Shown here: positions 10,212 through 17,463 of the stretch, piece by piece
Position numbering within the stretch: the first letter of the stretch is position 1
How the letters are laid out: the number at the start of each line of letters is the position of its first letter
Assembly: GCA_021498095.1 (NCBI GenBank)
Contig: JAIZWK010000001.1
Coordinates: 3,510,001-3,542,000, forward strand
DNA: 32,000 nucleotides
Direction: 5' to 3'
DNA from: Candidatus Harpocratesius repetitus
Lineage (GTDB): Archaea > Asgardarchaeota > Lokiarchaeia > Sigyniarchaeales > Promethearchaeaceae
Made by a program: the position numbers and the translations under genes
The notes under the pieces: model-generated
Databases searched by the model: none
Told to the model about the DNA's origin: nothing
The model's input: the letters and a program-made list of their open reading frames with translations, nothing else

Positions 10212-10219
10212 TATATCAT

Positions 10220-10519
10220 ATGGATTTTCTTGATTTTTTCAAGATTTCTGATAAAATTATTTTATACGCAACAAATGAAAAAAATAAAGAAATCTATTAT
10301 CGAACGGCCATTAATCGTTTATATTATTCAATTTATCATCATGTAATACATTCTTGTGGTATATTCATTCCGAATTCACAAAAAACTCGTTATCATGCAT
10401 ATGTTAAAGAACAAATCGAAAATACGATGATTTGTAGTGATTATTCCGATTTAGAAGAACTTAGAGTCAATTCTGATTATTTTTTATCTGTACATATAGA
10501 TAAATCAACATTTATCTAA
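10220..10519 (+). CDS. HEPN-domain protein (UPF0332-like), possibly C-terminally truncated
   Basis: RTAINRLYYSIYH and LEELRVNSDY match the RxYY...RxxADY HEPN pattern. Confidence 0.75.
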   Translation: MDFLDFFKISDKIILYATNEKNKEIYYRTAINRLYYSIYHHVIHSCGIFIPNSQKTRYHAYVKEQIENTMICSDYSDLEELRVNSDYFLSVHIDKSTFI

Positions 10520-10601
10520 CATAAATCGAAAATATAACACTTGAATAATAATAGAAGTTTCTATGACAAAATCAGAAATTGGACAATGTAAAAACATTTA
10601 A

Positions 10602-11480
10602 TTAAAGAAGATCAATATCAATAATTTTTACTTCATCTACTTGATTGATTTGCAAAAGACGTTGCTTTGTCTCTTCAAAATCTTCAGAACCTTTCGGGTT
10701 TAGATATATTTCATAGATACATTGTCCTCCTTTTTGACAAATACCTGAAGTATAAACGAAAGGAAGACCTAATTCTTGGAAAACAAATCCGATTTTCTTT
10801 AGAGTTTCTGGACTTAGTTGACCATTAAACAAAACAGCGAATTTCACAACGTGATTTCCTTCATGCGGAATAATGTCTACCTTAAAAGAATCCTTACGGC
10901 GCTGAAATACAACAAAGTAATTTTTCCTGGTTCCCAAAAAAGATTCTAATTCCTTTACCATCTGAATAGGAAGATGTATTGCATGATCTGATTCTAATTT
11001 TCGAAATGGAATAAGAATTCCATGAGTCTGCGCTTGGCTGATGGCAAAAAATTTGGAGAGCTCATTAAACATTTTTTTCAAATATTCAAATTCTTCAGAA
11101 ATTTCAGATTCATAATTGAGAGGGGGATTGCTAATATAAAGGGCTTTGAAGATTGATGGTCTATTTTTTTTAACATTCCGGGCAAATTCATGAAAGCGTT
11201 GAGCATAAGCTTTTAAATTGGGGGATTCTTCTTCGATTATTTTTGTTATCATAACCATTTCTTGCTTTCCCCGAGCCCAATCTGATGGAATCATAAAAAA
11301 ATAGTTGGCAGTGTTTAATGTGGCGGAAAAAGCATGAGTAAAAAAACCGGGCGATGCAGTATCCATTAATCTTTTAATTTGCCCCAAATCTTCATCAGAA
11401 ATTAACTTTTCCAGTTCATTCGGAACACTATAAAGGACATCTGGTCCAATAATGGGATTGAAATAGGTTAAGATTAACAT
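10602..11480 (-). CDS. uDENN/longin-like domain protein with a C-terminal ACT-like domain
   Basis: N-terminal YFNPIIGPDV matches the F-x4-GP start of uDENN/longin modules; beta-rich ANYFFMIP...ARG...EMVMIT; ferredoxin-like C-terminus ending LLQINQVDEVKII. Confidence 0.55.
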   Translation of the reverse strand: MLILTYFNPIIGPDVLYSVPNELEKLISDEDLGQIKRLMDTASPGFFTHAFSATLNTANYFFMIPSDWARGKQEMVMITKIIEEESPNLKAYAQRFHEFARNVKKNRPSIFKALYISNPPLNYESEISEEFEYLKKMFNELSKFFAISQAQTHGILIPFRKLESDHAIHLPIQMVKELESFLGTRKNYFVVFQRRKDSFKVDIIPHEGNHVVKFAVLFNGQLSPETLKKIGFVFQELGLPFVYTSGICQKGGQCIYEIYLNPKGSEDFEETKQRLLQINQVDEVKIIDIDLL

Positions 11481-11640
11481 TTTTTCCAGTTACCTCGAAA
11501 TAATCTATTCATTCATTGTAGCCCCCAATAATTCAACAGAAAATCTGACAAAGAATAATAATGAAAGTAGTGAAGAGAAATCTTAATTCTCACACTGCAT
11601 AATGAGATCAATATGTTGCTCTCCCTTTAAAGATTGTTTC

Positions 11641-12081
11641 TTACGTTTGATGGGTTTTCAGATAAGTAAGAACCTCATGAGGGATATTTGGTTGTTGGTG
11701 AATACTTAAAGATTTGATTCGAACGAATGAAAGTTCAGGATAATTGTTTTTAAATCGGATCAGACTCTTTTTTGCTTGATCATGGTCATGCGCGCTTGTT
11801 TCCTTTCCTTCATAGTAATAGATCCGATTATGTTGCTGATCTATCAATATCACAACATTAAATGAATTAAAGTGATCTGATAAAATCCAAGAATCAGTGT
11901 TAAAAATATATAACTTGGTTGTAGATGAAAATTCATCCATTTTTTCATGAAATTCATCACTATCTGAATTATTCGCGCTTTGTGAATTATTACCACTTTT
12001 TTGACTTTCATCTATCTCTTGAGTTAGTGTCATGTTTTTTTCCTTATTTCCAATTTGTGAAAGGGCTTCCAATTCTTCCAA
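11641..12081 (-). CDS. Single gelsolin-like domain protein with an acidic disordered N-terminus
   Basis: HFNSFNVVILIDQQHNRIYYYEGKETSAHDHDQA resembles the gelsolin consensus FnSxDVFILD...IYvWxG..S..E...A. Confidence 0.55.
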   Translation of the reverse strand: MEELEALSQIGNKEKNMTLTQEIDESQKSGNNSQSANNSDSDEFHEKMDEFSSTTKLYIFNTDSWILSDHFNSFNVVILIDQQHNRIYYYEGKETSAHDHDQAKKSLIRFKNNYPELSFVRIKSLSIHQQPNIPHEVLTYLKTHQT

Positions 12082-12249
12082 TTATAAATAATAATCTTTT
12101 CTTGTGCAAGATTTCTGTAAGATACCTATAAATCCTAGTATAATATTGCTCTAACACTGTATGTAGAAATTAAAAGGAATGGAAACCCAAAAGTTATTAA
12201 TTAATTATACGCTATCCATTATATAAATATCTGATCCGAGGGCATAATT

Positions 12250-12498
12250 GTGAAATTCCGACTTGTCTTAAACACAACTACAAAAAAAGGGCACCCTGTT
12301 GAAATTAAATTTAAAATTCCACCTTCAAAACATATCGGACTGATTAATTTCCTACAGATTGCATTAGAACATGGAAATGATGTGGAATTTTCGATTGAAA
12401 AAGTTCAAGATGGGAAGCATGAACGAAGTAAAGTTCATGGAACGTTTAAACTAACGGAAGAAGGAAATAAAACCCAATCAGAAGATTCTGAAAAGTGA
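12250..12498 (+). CDS. Small hypothetical protein
   Basis: 82-aa ORF with protein-like composition, preceded by AT-rich promoter-like DNA. Confidence 0.7.
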   Translation: MKFRLVLNTTTKKGHPVEIKFKIPPSKHIGLINFLQIALEHGNDVEFSIEKVQDGKHERSKVHGTFKLTEEGNKTQSEDSEK

Positions 12499-12832
12499 TT
12501 TAATAATAGTTTAAGCAAAAATGAGTAAAAAGAACAACATGTATAATAATTTATGAAAAAAAAGATAATAATAAATCAAGCATGACTAATGGATTAACTG
12601 ATTAGTTTTTTAGAAATACTAATAATATAATATTACTGTTTATATCTTAAAATCTTCAATTTTATTCAACTCACTTAACATAATAATTCAAAAACATGAA
12701 ATTATATTAATAAAAGTAAAGCTCAAATATTGTATTCAAAATATAGTAGTTTAGAGATATTTAAACGAAAGTACGGAAAAAGAATAGAATAATAAAGAAA
12801 TAATAGAGAAAATTAGTCGATATTGATGAAAC

Positions 12833-13492
12833 ATGAAACGCACATTCCGATTACGCCCAATTTTTGCACCTATTGTCAAATTCTTAGCTAAGATTGCGAT
12901 AAATCTTAAAATTACTCCCAATTTTGCTACATGGTTAATGGTTTCATTTTCACTTATATCCTCACTTGGATTACTCTTTTTCCAGAGTTTTATTTGGTTT
13001 GGAGTTTGGATTTTTCTCACAGGGCTACTAGATGGAATAGATGGCGCTATTGCAAGAATGACTAAAAAAACCTCAAAGTTTGGAGGATTTTTTGACTCGA
13101 CTATGGATCGCATTTCTGAAAGTATTATTTTATCAGGATTGATATTATTCACACAAATTTTTCCAACGAATTATTCTCAATGGATATTACTTTTAACAAT
13201 AATTGGCTTTATATTCTCATATTTAATAAGTTATTCCAGAGCTCGTGCAGAATTAGAATTGAAAAGGAGTTTTGTAATTGATAATGATCGTTTTTCGATG
13301 AATATTGGAATCTTAGCACGCTCAGAAAGGTTATTTTATCTTTTTATTATGTCTTGTATTGTTCAGTTTACTTCCCCTCTAATTTTGCTGATATTTATGG
13401 GTTTTTATGTAGTTTTAACTGCTTGGACCTTTCTTGAGAGGTTTTTCACTTATAAATCATATCTGAATGAATTTGTTGAAACAAATGAATGA
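12833..13492 (+). CDS. CDP-alcohol phosphatidyltransferase (archaetidylinositol-phosphate synthase-like)
   Basis: DGIDGAIARMTKKTSKFGGFFDSTMDRISE is the DxxDGxxAR...GxxxDxxxD signature; hydrophobic helices. Confidence 0.92.
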   Translation: MKRTFRLRPIFAPIVKFLAKIAINLKITPNFATWLMVSFSLISSLGLLFFQSFIWFGVWIFLTGLLDGIDGAIARMTKKTSKFGGFFDSTMDRISESIILSGLILFTQIFPTNYSQWILLLTIIGFIFSYLISYSRARAELELKRSFVIDNDRFSMNIGILARSERLFYLFIMSCIVQFTSPLILLIFMGFYVVLTAWTFLERFFTYKSYLNEFVETNE

Positions 13493-13698
13493 TCCATTCA
13501 ATTTTTTCAATTCTCGCTCATATTTACAATAGAAAAGAGTTAAATCCATAGAATTAACGTAAGTCATGAAAATAGAATGTAAAGACGATCATAGAATCAA
13601 AATAATAATACTATTCTTATATAAATAATTCAAATTTTCAAATTTTGTAAAGAAATAACCGATAAAAGAATATATACAATTGAACAAATATATAATAT

Positions 13699-13756
13699 AA
13701 GAGTTGTAATCGGAAATAAAGACTCTACTTAAGTATTATTTCCAATTGTAATTCTT
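13699..13756 (+). ncRNA. 21-bp RNA hairpin in the rnc leader (candidate RNase III site or small-RNA precursor)
   Basis: 13699-13719 pairs with 13736-13756: 17 Watson-Crick, 3 G·U (on the + transcript), 1 C·A; 16-nt loop. Confidence 0.65.
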
Positions 13757-13828
13757 TACATGCTCAATCCTTAAATTGATCTTGGGTTAAATCTTATTTC
13801 AATTTTAGAGATATGGAGGAACATACAT

Positions 13829-14632
13829 ATGGCTCAAGAAATCTCTCCAGAATTTAAAGAAAAACTATTTAATTGGCTAAAAAAACAAAGAATCATAAAC
13901 ATGGACATAAAAATCTTAATTACAGCCTTCACCCATCCATCATATAAAGGAGTCTTTCCAGAAGTGGAAGATTATGAAAGACTAGAATTCTTAGGAGATG
14001 CGGTTTTGGATCTGGTTTCTGCAGAAGATTTAATCAAACACAGCTCTGCGAATGAAGGAGTATTAACAGAACGTCGAAAACAATTAGTAAATAATGAAAA
14101 TCTTTCCCAAATTTTTGATAGATTAAAGATATCATCTTTTATTCGAACTGCACCTCATTACAAGCCTTCTATTAAGGATAAAGCAAATTTTATTGAAGCC
14201 TTTTTTGGAGCTCTCTTTTTAGAGCACCGCTATGAATATTGCGTTATAGTTTGGCGACAATTTCAAGAAAAAATGGGTAAAATAAAAAAGAAGATTTATC
14301 ATGCTCCATTATCTCCTGAAGATGAACAAAATAAGGAAGAATTGAAACAATTTTATCGCTCAATTGGATTAACCCCAAAAAATGCAAAATCAATGTTACA
14401 AGAACTTAACCAAAAACAAGGATTAGATTTACCCAATTATGAATTAATTGAACATTTTGGACCTGACCATAATCCAACTTTTCGAGTAAAAGTATCAGGT
14501 ATTTTTTTCACAGGACCCCCAAAATGGACAAGATCAGCAATAGGAGAAGGTAAGAGTAAAAAAATTGCCGAAATTAGAGCTGCAGAGAAATTATGTGATC
14601 AAATCTATTTAGATTACATCCCGTTTGATTAA
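13829..14632 (+). CDS. rnc: Ribonuclease III (RNase III domain + dsRBD)
   Basis: ERLEFLGDAVL signature, ANFIEAFFGAL, C-terminal dsRBD (AKSMLQE...GPDH...GEGKSKKIAEIRAA); SD GGAGG at 13815-13819. Confidence 0.96.
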   Translation: MAQEISPEFKEKLFNWLKKQRIINMDIKILITAFTHPSYKGVFPEVEDYERLEFLGDAVLDLVSAEDLIKHSSANEGVLTERRKQLVNNENLSQIFDRLKISSFIRTAPHYKPSIKDKANFIEAFFGALFLEHRYEYCVIVWRQFQEKMGKIKKKIYHAPLSPEDEQNKEELKQFYRSIGLTPKNAKSMLQELNQKQGLDLPNYELIEHFGPDHNPTFRVKVSGIFFTGPPKWTRSAIGEGKSKKIAEIRAAEKLCDQIYLDYIPFD

Positions 14633-14689
14633 GAATAGAAATCAATGAAAGTGAAAAAAATAAAAAGGAAAATTTTTTATTAATATAAT

Positions 14690-14939
14690 AAGATCTCACG
14701 GAAAATGAACCGGAAAGTATCTGAAGGTAAATTGACCGCGAAGACTGTTATATTATTTAATTTATTCATAAGATGGTGCAAAATATAGAAATTTTGCATA
14801 AATTATGGATAAATTAAATATTATCTGTGTTCGCATTCATTGCTAGTATCTCCAGATGTTTTCCAGTTTATTTTACGAGAATTACTCTAGGTCATATTAG
14901 GATTATCTAAGAGAATTCTCTATTTTCCTGTGAGATTTT
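14690..14939 (+). ncRNA. ~250-nt branched structured RNA between rnc and ago
   Basis: Closing stem 14690-14706/14922-14939 (17 bp, 1 bulge); long hairpin ~14702-14874 with 25-, 22- and 8-bp segments; short hairpin 14877-14920; all paired by hand. Confidence 0.7.
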
Positions 14940-14959
14940 GATAAAAAAGTGGTATTGAT

Positions 14960-17413
14960 ATGTCAAAATCTCAAAATAAAGGAAGAAAATCAAATGATGC
15001 ACCTTTAGCATCCCCCTGCTGTCCACAGAAAAAGAAAATAGATCTTGAAATGAATCTTTTTCCTGTGAAGATTTCCAATCTTAAAATCAGTATATATTCA
15101 TGGTTAATTTTTCCAAAAATCGATAATTATAAAGTACAAAGAAATATTCTTGAAATTGCTTTAAGTGAAGAAGCATTATACGAATACATCATTCAAAAAA
15201 ACAAGATCTATCAAAAAAAAAGGCATCCAAATATAAAAAGAGTTGTGCTTTTTCAGAATAAAGAATTTCAAATTGAAATAAATCACCTTGAAACGGTTTA
15301 TCTTTTAGATAATCCAACACTTCAAAACGAAATTTTTGGAAGTATTTGCCAAACTGTGGGATTCGAGCAAATAGGACATAATTACTATTATTCAGCAGAA
15401 AGACAATCCTCACAACTCACACAATCTACAAAAGAATCATTAAAAAGGATATTTCCAGCAATTGAAATAGATGGAGGCAAATACTATTTAAAACAAGGAC
15501 TAACAACTGCGATTCATTCCACCAAGAAAAATTTTTCGATAGATCAAGGAAAAAATGCTATTTCAAATGTTGTTGAATTAGAGCAAACATCAAAACTCAT
15601 TCAAAAAAAGAATTTATTAGAAATAATAATGGATTTGAATAGAAAGGTTAAAGATCATCACAAGATTGAAAATTTACTCATTGGTTCAAGATTTATTACG
15701 CACTACAATAACAGAATATATACAATTCATGGAATTGCTTGGAATAAAGATCCTACTTCTACATTTCAAATTCGCTCAAAGTTGCATCAAAATTTAGAAA
15801 TCACTTTTGAAGAATACTACAAAAAGAATTATCAATTAAAAATTTCAGATCTCCATCAACCTTTAATTATTTATTATCCAATGTCTTCTCAAAAGAGTGC
15901 TACTTCATCAGGATCTCAAGATATACTCTACTTTTTACCAGAGTTTTGTCATCTTTTTGGACTATCAAACCTTGATGCTGATAATTTCAGAATTCGGCAA
16001 GAAATCACCCGAAATACCCAAATGTCACCTTCAGATAGATATAGAAAACTCAAAACATTTGTAGAGAACCAAGATATTCTTGAATTTTTTAAAGTATGGG
16101 GTTTAGATATCGATTCACGGATGATTTCTATGTCTGGAATAAAACTACCAAGTCTAGAGATACAGACTCAAACAGGTGTTTTTCCAATCAATTTTGAACA
16201 ATCAAATTGGCTTTCATTATTAAATCGCTCGCAAGTAATTGATGCTCCTGAATTAAAAAAGTGGATGATATTATATCCAAAAAAATCTATGTCTTTGCAA
16301 GAAGCAAGAAAATTTAGCAATGATTTTCAAAAAATTGCCCAACAAATGGGAATGGTATGTCGACCACCTCAATTACAGGGAGTTTTTGATATGACAAAGT
16401 TTCTGGCAATATTAAAGAAAAATCCTTCTCAACATCATATAAATTCAATCCAATTAATTCTCACAATTACCCCTAATAGGAACAAGACATGTTATCGGAA
16501 AATTAAACAGCTGTGTTATCGAGATCTGGGAATTGCCAATCAAAATGTTGTGCTTAAAAATTTAAGAGATCAAAAAAGAAGAATGCCAATAATCCGAAAT
16601 TTAGTAAGGCAAATTATTTGCAAGGTTCCAAATTTTAATACAAAATATGGCGGGGCTTTATGGAAAATCAAAAATAATTCCATCCCTGACAAAACTTTAA
16701 TTGTTGGAATTGATGTTTGGCATGGCCGTCCCGGAATAGACAAATCTATTGCCGGCATCGTCTTTTCAACTGATAAAGGCTTACATTATACAGCAAATTA
16801 TACAATAACTCCAAGAAAAGGACTGGAATTCATCCACAATTTAGGAAAAATCATAATTACACAACTACAGAATCATTATAACGCAACAAGACAATACTTT
16901 GAAAATATATTAATTTTTCGCGATGGAGTAGGAAACACCCAGTATAACAAGATTTTACAAGAAGAATTCAAGTCTATTCAACAAGAACTAACCAATTCAT
17001 CCATTTTTAGTGAAAAACATCCAAAAATTGCAATAATCTTGGTGAATAAACGAATAAATCGCCGGCTATTTCATAAAAACAAACAAGGACAGATATTGAA
17101 CCCCAAACCCGGAACTTTTATAGAAGATCAATATATAAAATCAGAATTTTCTAATTATTATTTAGTACCCCACTTTTCTCGTTTTGGAACAACCCGACCG
17201 ATTCATATTTCGGTAATTTATAACAATACAAAATACGTTAATTTCCAATTTGTTGAAATTGCAAATATTTTATGTCATTTGAATTACAATTGGGCAGGAA
17301 CAGTTCGCATACCAGCATCTGTGGAATATGCCCATAAAGTTGCCGACTTCATCGGATCAAATCAAATTACATCAATTGCACCAGAATTACTACAAACTCA
17401 ATTCTATTTGTAA
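14960..17413 (+). CDS. ago: Long eukaryote/PIWI-like Argonaute with catalytic DEDH tetrad (probably HrAgo1)
   Basis: PAZ (YNNRIY...TFEEYYKKNY...FLPEFC), MID (YRKIKQ...NQNV...QIICK), PIWI (GIDV D585, E623, RDG D655, YAHK H792, GTTRP, LCHLNYNW); 817 aa. Confidence 0.97.
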   Translation: MSKSQNKGRKSNDAPLASPCCPQKKKIDLEMNLFPVKISNLKISIYSWLIFPKIDNYKVQRNILEIALSEEALYEYIIQKNKIYQKKRHPNIKRVVLFQNKEFQIEINHLETVYLLDNPTLQNEIFGSICQTVGFEQIGHNYYYSAERQSSQLTQSTKESLKRIFPAIEIDGGKYYLKQGLTTAIHSTKKNFSIDQGKNAISNVVELEQTSKLIQKKNLLEIIMDLNRKVKDHHKIENLLIGSRFITHYNNRIYTIHGIAWNKDPTSTFQIRSKLHQNLEITFEEYYKKNYQLKISDLHQPLIIYYPMSSQKSATSSGSQDILYFLPEFCHLFGLSNLDADNFRIRQEITRNTQMSPSDRYRKLKTFVENQDILEFFKVWGLDIDSRMISMSGIKLPSLEIQTQTGVFPINFEQSNWLSLLNRSQVIDAPELKKWMILYPKKSMSLQEARKFSNDFQKIAQQMGMVCRPPQLQGVFDMTKFLAILKKNPSQHHINSIQLILTITPNRNKTCYRKIKQLCYRDLGIANQNVVLKNLRDQKRRMPIIRNLVRQIICKVPNFNTKYGGALWKIKNNSIPDKTLIVGIDVWHGRPGIDKSIAGIVFSTDKGLHYTANYTITPRKGLEFIHNLGKIIITQLQNHYNATRQYFENILIFRDGVGNTQYNKILQEEFKSIQQELTNSSIFSEKHPKIAIILVNKRINRRLFHKNKQGQILNPKPGTFIEDQYIKSEFSNYYLVPHFSRFGTTRPIHISVIYNNTKYVNFQFVEIANILCHLNYNWAGTVRIPASVEYAHKVADFIGSNQITSIAPELLQTQFYL

Positions 17414-17415
17414 AC

Positions 17416-17422
17416 TTTTTTT
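17416..17422 (+). terminator. T7 run just after the ago stop (possible archaeal intrinsic terminator)
   Basis: TTTTTTT two nt after TAA, followed by AT-rich TATA-like DNA before the helicase gene. Confidence 0.3.
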
Positions 17423-17463
17423 AATGTTATAATAAAAATATAAATATGAAAAAATGATTAAAA

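Noticed and set aside
13829-14632. Calling the RNase III a Dicer
   Set aside because: Only one RNase III domain plus dsRBD; no PAZ or helicase in the polypeptide, so it is class-1 architecture
14690-14939. MITE interpretation of the inverted repeats
   Set aside because: No target-site duplication seen at the P1 ends, and pairing runs through the interior with G·U bias; not fully excluded without a genome-wide copy search
14690-14939. Targets in this window for putative hairpin-derived guides
   Set aside because: Only a short 8-nt match (ACATCTGG near 11437) was noticed, which is expected by chance; needs a computational search against the genome and its viruses/MGEs
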